Below are positions 38,441 to 51,162 of a stretch of DNA of 64,000 nt, piece by piece (position 1 is the first letter of the stretch; each line of letters starts with the position of its first letter). This DNA is from Prosthecobacter sp. (GTDB taxonomy: Bacteria > Verrucomicrobiota > Verrucomicrobiia > Verrucomicrobiales > Verrucomicrobiaceae). Under the pieces are notes generated by a model. That model worked only from the letters and a program-made list of their open reading frames with translations, had not been told where the DNA came from and did no database searches. A program made the position numbers and the translations under genes. The stretch lies in contig JAURHS010000003.1 in the NCBI GenBank assembly GCA_030833205.1, positions 2,707 to 66,706 on the forward strand, in the 5' to 3' direction.

Positions 38441-39859
38441 ATGACCCCCCCTGCAAACAGCCCCATCTTCCCCACGGTTGAGGAACTGGCGGCACAAATG
38501 CCGCAATTCGAAATTCTGGAGCAACTCAGCGCCGGACAGGAGAGCGCGATCTACCATGCCAGACAGCCCATTCTTGATCGGGAGGTAATGATCCGGGTGC
38601 TTGTCGAACCCGATGCGCCCACGGCGGCCAAGTTCATGCAGCGCCTGCAAAACCGTGCGCGGCTCAGCCACCCCAAGGTGGTGTCTGTCTATGACTTCGG
38701 TCGCACCATGGGTGGGCAACTCTACCTGAGCAGTGAGCATGTCAAAGGCAGGGTGCTGCGCGAGATGATTCAGACCCGTGAGGTGCCGCCAAAACTGGCT
38801 TTCAGTCTGGCCATGCAATGTTGTGAATTGATGCAGGAATTGCATCAAGAAGGCCAGTTGCATGGAGCTCTGGATGCGCGCTGCGTGTTGGTGCAACCTG
38901 ATGGCCACATCAAGTGGACGGGAGTGGGCATGAGTCTCACCTCCAACGGAGAAGCCTCCTGGCTCCACGGCAAGGAACCCAGCAAAACCGACGATCTGCG
39001 AGCGCTGGGCAGCCTGCTTCATGAGCTATTCTCGCGCGAGGCATTGGATCGCGAATCCCGCATCTCGCGTGACATCCCGCCCTCTTTTGCCGCCGTGATT
39101 CGCCGCTGCATCAGCGAGGACGACTCCAAGCGTTTTGCCTCAGCCATCGAAGCCCGCGACGCGCTCATCGCCGCGCTGGAAATGCAACGCAGCAAGGCCG
39201 AGAAGAGCGCCGGAGGCTCGATCAGCGACGCCGCACAGACGCCATCAACGACAACTGACGGCACAGAGCAGGCCAGCGCTCCAGCCAGCGAGGTCACGGC
39301 AACCGATCTCCCAGTTCCGGAGCCCAGATTCCGGCGTGGTCATGGACTGATTCATCGGATCAATCATTTTCTCTGGGGACTCCTGAAGTTCGGCCTTCAC
39401 GCGGTCATTTTCTTGATCACTGCGATCATTCTCACCGTCTCCTACCTCCTCAAAGACAAGATTATCATTCGCGAAAAGGGCCTTCCCAACGCCAGCGTAA
39501 GCGCGAGCGCTCCAGCACCCAAAACACAACCGATGCCAGCCGCTGCGCTGTCGGCCACCCAGAGCCCAGCGCCGACGCCAGCGCCCAAGAAACCCAGCGC
39601 GCCGAGTCGCGAGGAGCTGTTGGAGGGCCTACGCACGCGCTACCTGAACCGTCTCAAGGATGCCACTCAGCGTGCGCTGGACCAGGTGCGCCTGGATGAT
39701 CTTCCTTTTTACCGCAATGAGCTCGACCTCATCAATGCCGGAGGAGAGGTGCCAGAGACTCACGAGGCCAATGCTCCCCAGGCCCTGCGGGAATTGCGCG
39801 AGGAATACCACCAGCAGCGCAAACGGCTGATTCAGCGAAGCAATCCCCAGAAGTCTTAA
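38441..39859 (+). CDS. Membrane-anchored Ser/Thr-kinase-like protein, probably a pseudokinase
   Basis: Kinase scaffold (ARQ..LDR.V, ARL.HP..V.VYDFG) with degenerate catalytic motifs, then a linker, TM helix and Pro-rich region. Confidence 0.75.
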   Translation: MTPPANSPIFPTVEELAAQMPQFEILEQLSAGQESAIYHARQPILDREVMIRVLVEPDAPTAAKFMQRLQNRARLSHPKVVSVYDFGRTMGGQLYLSSEHVKGRVLREMIQTREVPPKLAFSLAMQCCELMQELHQEGQLHGALDARCVLVQPDGHIKWTGVGMSLTSNGEASWLHGKEPSKTDDLRALGSLLHELFSREALDRESRISRDIPPSFAAVIRRCISEDDSKRFASAIEARDALIAALEMQRSKAEKSAGGSISDAAQTPSTTTDGTEQASAPASEVTATDLPVPEPRFRRGHGLIHRINHFLWGLLKFGLHAVIFLITAIILTVSYLLKDKIIIREKGLPNASVSASAPAPKTQPMPAAALSATQSPAPTPAPKKPSAPSREELLEGLRTRYLNRLKDATQRALDQVRLDDLPFYRNELDLINAGGEVPETHEANAPQALRELREEYHQQRKRLIQRSNPQKS

Positions 39860-39903
39860 GCCCTGCCACGATGGCAAGCGGCGAAGAGTCCCGCCTCAAA
39901 GTC

Positions 39904-40233
39904 TCAGGCAATTGCCGAGACCTTGGCCACGATGGCATCCTTGGAGAGAACGCCAAGGGAGGTGTCGCGGACCTGACCGTCCTTGATGTAGAGCAGCATC
40001 GGAATGCTGCGCACATTGTAGCGAGCGGCAAGGTTGGGGCTGTCATCCACATTGACCTTGGCGATCTTCAGCGCGCCTGCCTTTTCGGCGGCAAGCTGAT
40101 CGAGCACCGGGCCAAGCATGCGGCATGGGCCGCACCACTGAGCCCAAAAATCCACCACCACTGGGACGGTGGAGGCGGCGATTTCGGAATCGAAATTGGC
40201 TTCAGTGAGGTTGAGGACGAGATCGGAGGCCAT
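39904..40233 (-). CDS. trxA: Thioredoxin
   Basis: VDFWAQWCGPC and VRSIP. Confidence 0.95.
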   Translation of the reverse strand: MASDLVLNLTEANFDSEIAASTVPVVVDFWAQWCGPCRMLGPVLDQLAAEKAGALKIAKVNVDDSPNLAARYNVRSIPMLLYIKDGQVRDTSLGVLSKDAIVAKVSAIA

Positions 40234-40383
40234 GGCGTGGGATGAATAAAAGGGAGTGCAGGACTGATCTGGGAAACGCTGCATGAGCCGCGCCCCCACC
40301 AATCAACGCTTCTGAGTAGCCAAAAGCACCACCGAGCGCAACTTTTTCATGCCAAAGACCCCATTTCAGGCTAGCAACGAACC

Positions 40384-41193
40384 ATGAGCCATGACCCTCA
40401 AGCCGATGGACTGTCCCGCCTGCGCCAGATTGTTCACCGCCTGCGCGCCCCTGGCGGCTGCCCCTGGGACCGGGAGCAAACTCACCAGAGCCTGATTCCC
40501 CACCTGCTGGAGGAAGCCTACGAGGTCGCCGAAGCCATCGCCGGCGGCGATCCCGCCCTGATCTGCGAGGAATTGGGCGACCTGCTCCTGCAACCCGTCC
40601 TGCACGCCGAGATCGCCAGCGAAAGCGGTAGCTTTGATCTTGATCAAATGGCGCATCAACTCAGCGACAAGCTCATCCGTCGCCACCCTCATGTCTTTGC
40701 CGAGGCCAAGGCTGACGACAGCAGCGCTGTCCTCACTCAATGGGATGCCATCAAGCAGCAGGAAAAAGGCGGCAAGCCCGCCCGCCTACTTGAGGGCATT
40801 GGCAGCGGTTTGCCCGCGCTCATGCGCGCCCAAAAGCTGCAGAAAAAGGCCGCGCGCGTTGGCTTTGATTGGCCGGACGCCCTTCCGGTGTTGGCCAAGG
40901 TTCGCGAGGAAATCGGCGAACTCGAGCAGGCCATCGCCCAGTCCAAAGGCACTGCCATTGAAGAAGAACTCGGTGACCTGTTGTTCAGCGTGGTCAACCT
41001 GGCGCGCAAACTCGGCATCGAATCTGAAGCCGCCCTGGCCGCCGCCAATCAAAAATTCGTCCGCCGTTTTCATCAGATGCAGGACCATCTCGAGGCCGCC
41101 GGTGGAAAACTCGGCGAGAGCAGTCTGCAGGCGATGGACCAAGCCTGGGATCAAGCCAAGTTCGCTGAAAGGAAGGCAGACTCCTCAGACTGA
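40384..41193 (+). CDS. mazG: Nucleoside triphosphate pyrophosphohydrolase
   Basis: GCPWDREQT, EEAYE, EELGDLL (twice) and KLIRRHPHVF. Confidence 0.94.
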   Translation: MSHDPQADGLSRLRQIVHRLRAPGGCPWDREQTHQSLIPHLLEEAYEVAEAIAGGDPALICEELGDLLLQPVLHAEIASESGSFDLDQMAHQLSDKLIRRHPHVFAEAKADDSSAVLTQWDAIKQQEKGGKPARLLEGIGSGLPALMRAQKLQKKAARVGFDWPDALPVLAKVREEIGELEQAIAQSKGTAIEEELGDLLFSVVNLARKLGIESEAALAAANQKFVRRFHQMQDHLEAAGGKLGESSLQAMDQAWDQAKFAERKADSSD

Positions 41194-41236
41194 TCAACAA
41201 CGCTCATCCCCTCAACCCGCCAGCGCCACAGGCAAT

Positions 41237-42625
41237 ATGCCCACCTCTCCGCACCCCAGCCGCCGCCGCTTTATTCAGGGCGCAGGCGCCCTTTCGAGCG
41301 CAGCCGGATTGCCTGTCCTCGGAGCCGCTTCCGCGCAGCCCGGCGGCAGATCCGGCAGCGTTCTCAAGCCCGAGGTCTTGGTCTGCGGCGGAGGCTGCGC
41401 GGGCATCGCCGCCGCACTGGCCGCTTCACGAGCCGGAGCCAAAACCTTGCTGGTGGAAAAAGCCCCCTTTGCCGGTGGCATCATCACCAGTGTCGGCTTG
41501 CCGTACTTCGATGGGATCGCCCACATCGACACACACCGCATCGTGGTGCGTGGCATCGCCTTGGAACTGCTCTCCAAGTCAGGAGTCTGCAAGCCGGATG
41601 CAGACAAGCTGGCCAAGCACAACCCCACCATCCCCAACACCTTTGAGTTCAAGCTTCTGCTCGACCGCCTGCTGCGTGAGCAGGCCCCAAACCTCGAGGT
41701 TCTTTTCAACAGTTTTGCCTGCGGAGCTCAAAGCCGAGGCGGCCGCGTGACCCGGGTGGATGTGGCCAACAAGGACGGTCTGGTGCGCATTGAACCGCAA
41801 GTCGTCGTTGACTGCAGCGGCGACGCCGATGTCGCAGCCTGGGCAGGCGCCGCCTATGAGCAAAGCCAGCAGGTTCAACCCCTGACCCTGCACTTCCGCA
41901 TCAACCGCGTCAAGAAACAGCCCGATCTTGGCAAGGCTTGTCAGAGCGCCTTGAAGGCCGCGCAACAACGAGGCGAGTTGCCGCACTTTTACGGGCCTGG
42001 CGTGATGTTCCTCTTCGGCGAGGACGAGGTCTATGTTCACGGTGTCCGAGTGCCGGCCAACCCCACCGACGCAGCAGACCTGACCCGCGCAGAAATGCAG
42101 GGACGGGCCGATGCCCACGCGATGTTTCGGGCTTGGAAACGGGATGTGCCGGCCTTTGCCGACGCCTATTTCCAAGAGGCGTACCCATGGATTGGCGTTC
42201 GGGAATCCAGGAGACTCCTCGGGCAATACATCCTCACCGAGGGCGATCTGATGAAGGCCTGCAGATTTGACGACGCGATCGCCACGGGTTGCTGGTATCT
42301 TGATCTTCACCCCAATGAGACCGTCGCGGGCAGCGCCAACAACTTCGATCCCCGCAAGGTGCAACCCGAACCCTATGACATCCCCTACCGAAGCCTGCTC
42401 ACCCGCGAGTTGAGCAACCTTCTGGTGGCAGGCCGCTGCCACAGTGCCACCCGCGGCGCACACGCCTCAACGCGTGTCACAGCCACAGCCATGGCCATGG
42501 GAGAGGCAGCTGGTGTGGCGGCTGCGATGAGCCTGCGCCAACGCACCGCAGCAGCTGAACTCTCAGGCATCAAAGTGCGCCAAGAGCTCGCCCGCATCGG
42601 GGCCGGCCCTTTTAGCGAAACTTGA
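41237..42625 (+). CDS. Tat-exported FAD-dependent oxidoreductase
   Basis: SRRRFI Tat motif, GGGCAG, DCSGDAD, GVRESRR, YDIPYRSL, NLLVAGRC and MAMGEAAG. Confidence 0.88.
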   Translation: MPTSPHPSRRRFIQGAGALSSAAGLPVLGAASAQPGGRSGSVLKPEVLVCGGGCAGIAAALAASRAGAKTLLVEKAPFAGGIITSVGLPYFDGIAHIDTHRIVVRGIALELLSKSGVCKPDADKLAKHNPTIPNTFEFKLLLDRLLREQAPNLEVLFNSFACGAQSRGGRVTRVDVANKDGLVRIEPQVVVDCSGDADVAAWAGAAYEQSQQVQPLTLHFRINRVKKQPDLGKACQSALKAAQQRGELPHFYGPGVMFLFGEDEVYVHGVRVPANPTDAADLTRAEMQGRADAHAMFRAWKRDVPAFADAYFQEAYPWIGVRESRRLLGQYILTEGDLMKACRFDDAIATGCWYLDLHPNETVAGSANNFDPRKVQPEPYDIPYRSLLTRELSNLLVAGRCHSATRGAHASTRVTATAMAMGEAAGVAAAMSLRQRTAAAELSGIKVRQELARIGAGPFSET

Positions 42626-42694
42626 GATCCCCTGGGGCACCCACGGGTGGATTGCCCTTCCCTGCGCAAGGTGGCATCGCAGGCCCCGGGGACG

Positions 42695-42730
42695 CAAAGG
42701 GCCGCCATCACCCTTCGGCAATGGCGGCCC
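42695..42730 (-). terminator. Terminator after rpoC
   Basis: Minus strand GGGCCGCCAT...ATGGCGGCCC followed by TTTG. Confidence 0.7.
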
Positions 42731-42751
42731 CAGATAGGGTGCGGTCAGGGC

Positions 42752-45700
42752 TTAGGCCTGCAGCGCGTCATCATCGTCATCCGCGGCAACCTCAACGGGG
42801 GCCTGTTCGGTCTCCGTAAGCTCGAAGCTGCGGTTTTTGATGAAGCCGGTGCCTGCAGGAATCAGGTGGCCCATGATCACATTCTCCTTGAAGCCGCGCA
42901 GCAAGTCGGATTTGGCCAGAGTGGCCGCCTCGGTAAGCACGCGGGTGGTGTCCTGGAAGGACGCCGCAGAGATGAAGGACTCCGTCTCAAGCGAGGCCTT
43001 GGTGATGCCCAAGAGCACGGGCTCTGCCTCTGCAGGCTTGCCGCCTTCCTCACTGACGCGGGCATTTTCCTTCTCGAATTCGGTGCGATCCACCTGATCT
43101 CCCCAAAGGAAGTCGGTGTCACCCGTATCCGTGATCTTCACCTTGCGCAGCATCTGACGGATGATGATCTCCACATGCTTGTCGTTGATTTCCACACCCT
43201 GGGCACGGTAAACTTCCTGCACTTCATTGACCAAGTGCTCACGAAGAGCCTGAGGCCCAAGAATATCGAGGATTTCATGCGGAACCACAGGTCCATCGGT
43301 GAGCTGATCACCTCTGGCAACATGGTCGCCGTTGAAGACGAGAATGTGCTTGGAGCGGGGAATCAAGTGCTCCTCCTGCTGACCTGTGCGTGAGTCGGTC
43401 ACCATGACGCGGCGCTTGCCACGAACCAGGCCTCCGATCTCCACCACGCCATCAATGCGGGCGATTTCGCAGGCGTCCTTCGGTTTGCGTGCTTCGAAAA
43501 GCTCGGCCACTCGGGGCAAACCGCCAGTGATGTCCTTGGTCTTGCTGGCCTTGCGAGGTGTCTTGGCCAGGGTGGTTCCCGCCTCGATCTTCTCGCCGTT
43601 CTTCACCGACAAGTGAGCGCCTGCAGGGACCGTGTAGGAGGCGAGAACCTCCTGCTTCTTGGGATCAACGATCACCAACTGGGGATGGAGGTCTTCCTTG
43701 TGCTCGATGACCACCACTTCCTCGTTGCCGGTCTGCTCGTTTTTCTCCTTGGTGAAGGTGATGCCGCTGATCATGTCGCGGAATTCCACCTTGCCGGATT
43801 TTTCGGTAATGATTGGGATGTTGTAGGGATCCCAGGTGGCGATCTGCTCACCCTTCTTCACCGCAGCACCTTCAGGCTTGGCGATGGTGGCTCCAAGGAC
43901 AAGCTTATGGCTTTCCAGCTCGCGTCCATCCTCGCCGATCACAGAGATCACGCCATTCTTGGTGAGCGCCACCCACTGGCCGTCCTGACCCTGCACGGTA
44001 CGCATTTCACTGTAGCGCAGCGTGCCGCCGTGCTTCAGATTGATGAATGGCTGCTTGAAGCTGCTCATGGCGGCACCGCCCACATGGAAGGTACGCATGG
44101 TCAGCTGGGTTCCAGGCTCGCCAATGGACTGCGCGGCAATGATGCCCACCGCCTCACCGATCTTCACCATGCGACCGGTTGCAAGGCTGAGTCCATAGCA
44201 CATCGCACAGCAGCCCCGCTTGCTTTCGCAGGTCAGCACCGAGCGAATCTTCAGGCGTTCCACACCAATCTTGGAAAGGTGGTTGGCCTCGCCTTCGAGA
44301 ATGAGCTGGTTGGCCTTGATGATGGCATCCTTGGTCACCGGGTCGTGGATGGTCTCGCAGCTGGTGCGCCCATAGACGCGAGTCTTGAGGTCCACCACTT
44401 CTTCATCGCCCTGGTAAATCGAGTTGAGGGTGATGCCATTGACGGTGCCACAATCCTCTTCCGTGACGATCACATCCTGTGAAACATCCACCAGCTTGCG
44501 GGTCATGTAACCGGAGTCGGCAGTCTTGAGCGCCGTGTCGGCAAGGCCCTTGCGGGCGCCGTGTGTGGAAATGAAGTATTCCAGCACGCTGAGGCCTTCG
44601 CGGAAATTCGAGGTGATCGGACGCTCAATGATTTCGCCCGAGGGCTTGGCCATGAGGCCGCGCATGCCTCCCAACTGCTTGATCTGGGTGCGGTTGCCGC
44701 GGGCGCCCGAGGTGACCATCACATACAGAGGATTGTGCTGCTTCTTGCCCTCGTTGTATTCGAGGGTACGGAAGACCTCGTCGGCTGTTTGGTCACCAAC
44801 CTGGGTCCACACATCAACGATCTTCTGGTAGCGCTCGCCCTGAGTGATCAGGCCGCGTTTGTAGAGCTTCTCAACATCGTCAATGTCCTTGTAGGCCTTT
44901 TCCAGGGCAAGCTTCTTGGCCACGGGGATGGCCATGTCAGTGATCCCGATGGAGCAACCGCTGCGGGTGGCTTCGCGGAAGCCAAGCAGCTTGAGTCGGT
45001 CGAGGCTCGCGACGGTTTCCTTTTGACCCACCGTCTGGAAGCAACGCCAGATGATGTCCGAAATCTGCTTCTTGCCCACCGTGTTGTTGTAGAAACCGAG
45101 GCGCTCGGGCCAGATTTCATTGAAGCGCACGCGCCCTGCTGTGGTCTCAATGTAGGGCTTGGTGTTGTCGCCGTAAGCACGCTTCTCCTTCTTGTAGTCA
45201 GGGTTGAGAAAGCGGATCTTGTCGTTGACTCCAAGGGCACCCTCAGTGAGGGCAAACTCGACCTCAGCGGCGTCGTTGAAGGCCGGCATGCGCTCAAGAC
45301 CCTCTTTCTTCTTGCCGTCTGCACCTGGCAATTCACGCAGGTAGGTCAGGAAGAAGCAACCCAGAGGAATGTCCTGTGAAGGCGTGGTGATGGGCTTGCC
45401 GCTGGCAGGGCTGAAGAGGTTGTTGGGAGCCAACATCAGCAGGCGAGCCTCCATCTGAGCCTCAATGGAAAGCGGCACGTGAACCGCCATCTGGTCGCCG
45501 TCGAAGTCTGCGTTGTAGGCGGTGCAAACCAGGGGGTGAACGCGGATGGCCTCACCTTCGATCAACTTGGGCTCAAAAGCTTGGATCGAGAGACGGTGCA
45601 GCGTTGGGGCGCGATTGAGGAGAACCGGGTGACCCTTGGTGACTTCATCAAGGATGTCCCAGACCTCTGGAGTGCGCCGCTCAATCATCTTCTTGGCGGA

Positions 45701-46897
45701 GCGCACCGTGTGAACCAGACCCATCTCCTTGAGGCGCCGGATGATGAAGGGCTCAAAGAGCACCAATGCCATCTTCTTGGGCAGACCGCACTGGTTGAGA
45801 TTCAGATCAGGTCCGATCACGATCACGGAACGGCCGGAGTAATCGACGCGCTTGCCCAGAAGGTTCTGGCGGAAACGACCAGACTTGCCCTTGAGCATGT
45901 CGGAGAGTGACTTCAGCGGGCGGTTGCCTGCACCGGTGACGGGACGGCCATGGCGACCGTTGTCAAACAAGGCGTCCACAGCCTCCTGCAGCATTCGCTT
46001 CTCGTTGCGAATGATGACATCAGGGGTGCGCAACTGCAGCAGGTTCTTGAGGCGATTGTTGCGGTTGATCACCCGACGATAAAGATCATTGAGGTCGGAG
46101 GTGGCAAAGCGACCACCCTCCAGAGGCACCAGCGGGCGCAGGTCTGGAGGAATCACCGGCAGCACTTCCATGATCATCGCCTCGGGGCGAGTGTGGCTTT
46201 CGGCGAAGCCCTGACAGAGCTTGAGACGCTTGGCCAGCTTCTTGCGGATTTGCTTGGAGCGCGTCTTGGTCATCGCCTCCTCGAGTTCCTTGATCGCTTC
46301 GTGCAGATTGATCTGCGAGAAGATGTCTCGGATGGCCTGAGCGCCCATGCCCACGCGGAAGGCGTCGGCACCGTACTGCTCCTCGGCCTCGCGAAGCTCG
46401 ACCTCGGTCAACAACTGCCCGCGCACCAACGAGGTGGAGCCTGGATCAACGACCATGAAGTCTTCGTAGTAAATGACACGCTCAAGGCTGCGTGCTGTCA
46501 TGTCGAGCATCAGGCCGATGCGCGAAGGCATGCACTTGTAGAACCAGATGTGAGTGACGGGCACCGCCAGTTCAATGTGGCCCATGCGCTCACGACGCAC
46601 GCGAGAGAGGGTGACCTCGACGCCGCAACGATCGCAGATCACTCCCTTGTGCTTGATGCGCTTGTACTTGCCGCAAGCGCACTCCCAGTCGCGAGTTGGA
46701 CCGAAAATGCGTTCACAGAACAAGCCGCCCTTCTCGGGCTTGAAGGTGCGGTAATTGATGGTCTCCGGGTTTTTGACCTCTCCGGAGGACCAGGACCGAA
46801 TGCGATCGGCAGAGGCAATGCAGATCGAGACGAAGTCGAATTCTTCGCCCGCGGGTTTGGCCCCGAAAATTTCTTTCAAGCTCATGTCAGCGCTCAT
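42752..46897 (-). CDS. rpoC: RNA polymerase beta' subunit
   Basis: [15 protein letters not shown] and [15 protein letters not shown]. Confidence 0.99.
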   Translation of the reverse strand: MSADMSLKEIFGAKPAGEEFDFVSICIASADRIRSWSSGEVKNPETINYRTFKPEKGGLFCERIFGPTRDWECACGKYKRIKHKGVICDRCGVEVTLSRVRRERMGHIELAVPVTHIWFYKCMPSRIGLMLDMTARSLERVIYYEDFMVVDPGSTSLVRGQLLTEVELREAEEQYGADAFRVGMGAQAIRDIFSQINLHEAIKELEEAMTKTRSKQIRKKLAKRLKLCQGFAESHTRPEAMIMEVLPVIPPDLRPLVPLEGGRFATSDLNDLYRRVINRNNRLKNLLQLRTPDVIIRNEKRMLQEAVDALFDNGRHGRPVTGAGNRPLKSLSDMLKGKSGRFRQNLLGKRVDYSGRSVIVIGPDLNLNQCGLPKKMALVLFEPFIIRRLKEMGLVHTVRSAKKMIERRTPEVWDILDEVTKGHPVLLNRAPTLHRLSIQAFEPKLIEGEAIRVHPLVCTAYNADFDGDQMAVHVPLSIEAQMEARLLMLAPNNLFSPASGKPITTPSQDIPLGCFFLTYLRELPGADGKKKEGLERMPAFNDAAEVEFALTEGALGVNDKIRFLNPDYKKEKRAYGDNTKPYIETTAGRVRFNEIWPERLGFYNNTVGKKQISDIIWRCFQTVGQKETVASLDRLKLLGFREATRSGCSIGITDMAIPVAKKLALEKAYKDIDDVEKLYKRGLITQGERYQKIVDVWTQVGDQTADEVFRTLEYNEGKKQHNPLYVMVTSGARGNRTQIKQLGGMRGLMAKPSGEIIERPITSNFREGLSVLEYFISTHGARKGLADTALKTADSGYMTRKLVDVSQDVIVTEEDCGTVNGITLNSIYQGDEEVVDLKTRVYGRTSCETIHDPVTKDAIIKANQLILEGEANHLSKIGVERLKIRSVLTCESKRGCCAMCYGLSLATGRMVKIGEAVGIIAAQSIGEPGTQLTMRTFHVGGAAMSSFKQPFINLKHGGTLRYSEMRTVQGQDGQWVALTKNGVISVIGEDGRELESHKLVLGATIAKPEGAAVKKGEQIATWDPYNIPIITEKSGKVEFRDMISGITFTKEKNEQTGNEEVVVIEHKEDLHPQLVIVDPKKQEVLASYTVPAGAHLSVKNGEKIEAGTTLAKTPRKASKTKDITGGLPRVAELFEARKPKDACEIARIDGVVEIGGLVRGKRRVMVTDSRTGQQEEHLIPRSKHILVFNGDHVARGDQLTDGPVVPHEILDILGPQALREHLVNEVQEVYRAQGVEINDKHVEIIIRQMLRKVKITDTGDTDFLWGDQVDRTEFEKENARVSEEGGKPAEAEPVLLGITKASLETESFISAASFQDTTRVLTEAATLAKSDLLRGFKENVIMGHLIPAGTGFIKNRSFELTETEQAPVEVAADDDDDALQA

Positions 46898-46947
46898 GGA
46901 TTTGGGATGCGTTGGGGTTTGGGTTTGGCTTGGGTTTCAGGGAGTGA

Positions 46948-49900
46948 TCAGGCAGAGAAGCGCTCAATGGCTTCCACATCGGCATCAATGGCGGAGCGTT
47001 TGTGCACCTTCACATCCAGCCCCAGGGACTGCATTTCCTTGATCAGCACATTGAAGGACTCCGGAGTCCCGGCTTCGAGGGCGTGGTCGCCCTTGACAAT
47101 CTGCTCGTAAATCCGGGTACGGCCCTGGACATCGTCAGATTTGACGGTGAGCAATTCCTGAAGCGTGAAGGCGGCCCCGTAGGCCTCGAGGGCCCAGACC
47201 TCCATCTCGCCGAAACGCTGACCACCATACTGAGCCTTGCCGCCCAGCGGTTGCTGGGTGACCAGCGAGTAGGGGCCCACGGCACGAGCGTGAATCTTGT
47301 CGGCAACAAGGTGTCCGAGTTTGAGCATGTAAATGTAGCCCACAACCACATCGAGATTGAAGGGTTCGCCGGTACGCCCGTCGTGAAGGCGGGACTTGCC
47401 GTTGAGACCCATCCACTCGTAGCCCGGGGTCTTCTTGGCTTCCTTGATGTAGTCCATGATCTGGGACTCGGGGATGCCATCGAAGACTGGGGTGGCGATC
47501 TTCATGCCAAGCGCCTTGGCCGCGAGGCCGAGGTGAGTCTCAAGGACCTGCCCGACATTCATGCGGCTGGGCACACCCAGCGGATTGAGCACGATGTCCA
47601 CCGGAGTTCCATTGTCCAGGAATGGCATGTCTTCCTCCGGCACGATGGTGGCGACGACGCCCTTGTTGCCGTGGCGTCCGGCCATTTTGTCGCCCACGCT
47701 CAGCTTGCGCTTGGAGGCCACAAACACGCGCACCATCTTCACCACGCCGTCACCCGCGCCATCTTCGCTGGTTTCAATGCGGTCAAGGTTGCGCTCGCGC
47801 TCCATGTCTGCATCAGCAAACTTCTGCTCGAAGCTCTGGATGATGTCGAAGATCTTGTTGCGGATCGGGCTGGGGTCAATTTCCACCGAGTCGTAGGACT
47901 CAGCGAGCTTGCGCAGCAGCGTCTTGGTGATCTTTTTGTTGGCGCCGATGATGATTTCACCGGTTTGGCCGTTGACCACATCAAGCGGGATCTTCTCGTT
48001 GAGCAGGATGTCGCTGAGTTTCTCGGTGAGTTGCTCGGTGAGATCTTCCTTCTTGCCGCGGAATTCCTCCTCAATTTGTTTGATCTGCTTCTTGGCCTCG
48101 GCCGGAGAAAGCTTTTCCTTCTCCTCGCCCTTGTTGTTGCCGCCGCGGGAGGCGATACGCACATCCATCACGATGCCAGCGCAACCCGAGGGCACACGCA
48201 GCGAGGTGTCCTTCACATCAGCGGCTTTTTCGCCGAAGATGGCGCGCAACAGACGCTCTTCGGGAGCAAGCTCAGTCTCACTCTTGGGCGTGATCTTGCC
48301 GACGAGAATATCGCCAGGCTTGACCTCGGCACCAATACGAACCACGCCATCCTGGTCGAGGTTCTTGAGGGCTTCATCGCCGACATTGGGAATGTCGCGG
48401 GTGATCTCCTCAGGCCCCAGTTTGGTGTCGCGCGCCTGGACCTCGAAGTCCTCGATGTGAATGGAGGTGTAGATGTCCTCGCGGGACACACGGCGGCTGA
48501 TGACAATGGCGTCCTCAAAGTTGTAGCCGTTCCAGGGCATGAAGGCCACGAGCATGTTTTTGCCGATGGCCAACTCTCCCTGATCAGTACAAGGACCGTC
48601 GGCGACCACATCGCCCTTCTTGACCTTCTGGCCGCGCTTGACCAGCGGACGCTGGTTGATGCAGGTACCCGCATTGCTGCGGCCAAATTTGCGCAGAGCG
48701 TAGACAAACACGCCAGCGTCTGGGTTGTGCTTGGCTGCCTTGGTCGGGTTGGCCAGGAAATCCTTGTCGCTGCAGGGCAGACTGCCGTCCTTGGTGATGA
48801 CGATGACATCGGCGGTCGCGGAGGCAACCGTGCCATTGCCCTCAGCCACGACCACAGCACGCGAGTCGCGGGCTGCCTTGCCTTCCATGCCAGTGCCCAC
48901 CAGCGGGGCCTCAGCTTCAAGGAGAGGAACGCCTTGGCGCTGCATGTTCGAGCCCATCAAGGCGCGGTTGGCGTCATCGTGCTCGAGGAAGGGGATGAGG
49001 TTGGCAGCGATGGAGACAATCTGCTTGGGCGAGACATCCATCAAGGTGGGGCGCTCCGGCTCAACTTCGAGGAAGTCGCCGCGATAGCGAACGGTCACCT
49101 TGGGAACTGCGAAGCGGCCGTTTTCACCGATCGGGTTATTGGCCTGGGCGATGTAGTGATTCTCTTCCTGATCGGCGGTGAGGTACTCGATCTTGTCGGA
49201 GACCACGCCGTCCTTGACCAGGCGGTAGGGAGTTTCGATGAAACCGAACTCGTTGATGCGGGCATAGGAACCCAGGGAGTTGATCAGACCGATGTTTGGA
49301 CCTTCGGGAGTCTCAATCGGGCAGATGCGACCATAGTGCGAGGGGTGCACATCGCGCACCTCGAAGCCGGCGCGATCACGATTGAGACCACCGGGTCCCA
49401 GTGCGGAAAGACGGCGCTTGTGGGTCAGTTCGGCCAGAGGATTGATCTGGTCCATGAACTGGCTCAACTGACTGCGGGCAAAGAAGTCACGCACCACGGC
49501 AGCAAGGGCCTTGGGATTGACCAACTTGCCAGGCGTCATCACATCCATGCTCACATCAAACAAGGTCATGCGCTCCTTGACCAAACGCTCGGTGCGGGCG
49601 AGGCCGACGCGGCACTGGTTGGCCAGCAGTTCACCCACGGCGCGCACGCGGCGACTTCCAAGGTGGTCAATATCGTCCAACAGGCCTTCTCCGGCGCGCA
49701 GGTTGAAGAGGTAGCGCATGGCGGCCACCACATCGTTGGGATCGAGAACCCGCACATTGCTGTCGGTCTTAAGCCCCAGTTTTTGGTTGATCTTGTAGCG
49801 GCCCACGCGGGTGAGATCATAGCGCTTCGGATCGAAGAAAAGGCGCTTCACCAAAGCCTTGGCATTGGCCACGGTTGGGGGGTCACCTGGACGCAGGCGC

Positions 49901-50802
49901 CGGTAAATCTCCTTGAGGGCCTCGTCTTCGTCCTTGGCGGGATCCTTGCGAAGCGAGGTGACGATGAGGTCGTCCTGCGAGGCGCTGATCACGCGCAGGC
50001 TCTTGTGACCGAGGCCCTGCACGGTGCGGACCTTTTCCAAGGTCAGCGGCTCGTAGGCACGCAGCACGCAATTCTCGCCGTCGAGAACATCGGCAAAGGG
50101 CAACTTACCGGTGATGTCCTCCTCGGTAAGACTATCCTTGAGCTTGAGATCTTCGATGTTGTAGAACAGACGCAGGATCTCCTCATCGCTTGAGAAACCG
50201 ATCACACGAAGCAGCGTAGTCGCGAGGAACTTGCGGCGACGGCGACGGCGGTCGAGGTACACATAGAGGAGGTCATTGGTGTCAAATTGCACCTCAAGCC
50301 AAGTCCCGCGGTCAGGAATGATGCGGAAGCCGTAGAGCCAGCGACCATTCAGGTGCTGGGAACTCTCGAAGCAGATGCCCGGAGAGCGATGCAACTGCGA
50401 CACCACAACGCGCTCAGCGCCGTTGATGACAAAGGTCCCGCGCTCCGTCATCAGGGGAATTTCGCCCATGTAGACCCGCTCTTCCTTGGAGCCGACGGTC
50501 TTTTCCTCAAGTTCGAAGGTGACATAAAGGGGCGCGCTGTAGGTCTCAGCCTCGCGGATGGCCTCAAGAGAGCTAAGCTTCGGTTCCCCAATCTCGTAGG
50601 CGGCAAATTTGAGACGCAGATTCTCGTCATAGCTGTCAATCGGGAAGACCTCGCGAAAAACCGCCTGCAGGCCGGTGTCGCGGCGCTTGGAGGGAGAGAC
50701 ATTTTTCTGCAGGAACTCCTCATAGGAGCGAAGCTGAATCTCGATGAGATTCGGGGGCTCGGCGACTTCGAGAATTTTGCCAAAGTTGGTGCGCTGGGTC
50801 AT
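46948..50802 (-). CDS. rpoB: RNA polymerase beta subunit
   Basis: [21 protein letters not shown] and GQRFGEME. Confidence 0.99.
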   Translation of the reverse strand: MTQRTNFGKILEVAEPPNLIEIQLRSYEEFLQKNVSPSKRRDTGLQAVFREVFPIDSYDENLRLKFAAYEIGEPKLSSLEAIREAETYSAPLYVTFELEEKTVGSKEERVYMGEIPLMTERGTFVINGAERVVVSQLHRSPGICFESSQHLNGRWLYGFRIIPDRGTWLEVQFDTNDLLYVYLDRRRRRRKFLATTLLRVIGFSSDEEILRLFYNIEDLKLKDSLTEEDITGKLPFADVLDGENCVLRAYEPLTLEKVRTVQGLGHKSLRVISASQDDLIVTSLRKDPAKDEDEALKEIYRRLRPGDPPTVANAKALVKRLFFDPKRYDLTRVGRYKINQKLGLKTDSNVRVLDPNDVVAAMRYLFNLRAGEGLLDDIDHLGSRRVRAVGELLANQCRVGLARTERLVKERMTLFDVSMDVMTPGKLVNPKALAAVVRDFFARSQLSQFMDQINPLAELTHKRRLSALGPGGLNRDRAGFEVRDVHPSHYGRICPIETPEGPNIGLINSLGSYARINEFGFIETPYRLVKDGVVSDKIEYLTADQEENHYIAQANNPIGENGRFAVPKVTVRYRGDFLEVEPERPTLMDVSPKQIVSIAANLIPFLEHDDANRALMGSNMQRQGVPLLEAEAPLVGTGMEGKAARDSRAVVVAEGNGTVASATADVIVITKDGSLPCSDKDFLANPTKAAKHNPDAGVFVYALRKFGRSNAGTCINQRPLVKRGQKVKKGDVVADGPCTDQGELAIGKNMLVAFMPWNGYNFEDAIVISRRVSREDIYTSIHIEDFEVQARDTKLGPEEITRDIPNVGDEALKNLDQDGVVRIGAEVKPGDILVGKITPKSETELAPEERLLRAIFGEKAADVKDTSLRVPSGCAGIVMDVRIASRGGNNKGEEKEKLSPAEAKKQIKQIEEEFRGKKEDLTEQLTEKLSDILLNEKIPLDVVNGQTGEIIIGANKKITKTLLRKLAESYDSVEIDPSPIRNKIFDIIQSFEQKFADADMERERNLDRIETSEDGAGDGVVKMVRVFVASKRKLSVGDKMAGRHGNKGVVATIVPEEDMPFLDNGTPVDIVLNPLGVPSRMNVGQVLETHLGLAAKALGMKIATPVFDGIPESQIMDYIKEAKKTPGYEWMGLNGKSRLHDGRTGEPFNLDVVVGYIYMLKLGHLVADKIHARAVGPYSLVTQQPLGGKAQYGGQRFGEMEVWALEAYGAAFTLQELLTVKSDDVQGRTRIYEQIVKGDHALEAGTPESFNVLIKEMQSLGLDVKVHKRSAIDADVEAIERFSA

Positions 50803-51162
50803 AAGCGAGGGTGGGAGTCTGCTAGGCGGTGGGGTGGGGGGAAGCGGTGGAAAGTCACCGCCTGAATGCTTCAGTCCTCAAGGTCAGGCCGCCTACCTGA
50901 GCCCATCGAACTGAAACGGGAAATGCAATGGCCCAAGACCCATGAGGAGGGGCTTGGACTCGGGGGAACTAGGGACGAAAAAACGCCGCCCCGAGCAATC
51001 ACCCACCCTTGCAGGCGCCGGACGGAGCCTGTGGAGTTGGAGGATTGCTTGGTGGCGGGCATTGAGGGAAAAAACAGGGCGAAGGATCGAAAGCTCTCTG
51101 GCTCTTCCCTGAGCCGCCCCGCACACTGGGTGCAGGGGCGGTCAGGGTAGAAAAAGGAGGAG

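Noticed and set aside
40634-41236. Extension of the FAD oxidoreductase ORF across mazG
   Set aside because: The Tat signal fixes the real start at 41237. The upstream part is an alternative-frame artefact.
47002-50193. 1063-aa antisense ORF over rpoB (similar ones over the MFS gene, gnd, purC, tuf and mcsB)
   Set aside because: These are shadow ORFs in the codon-aligned antisense frame of high-GC, biased genes, with no recognisable motifs.
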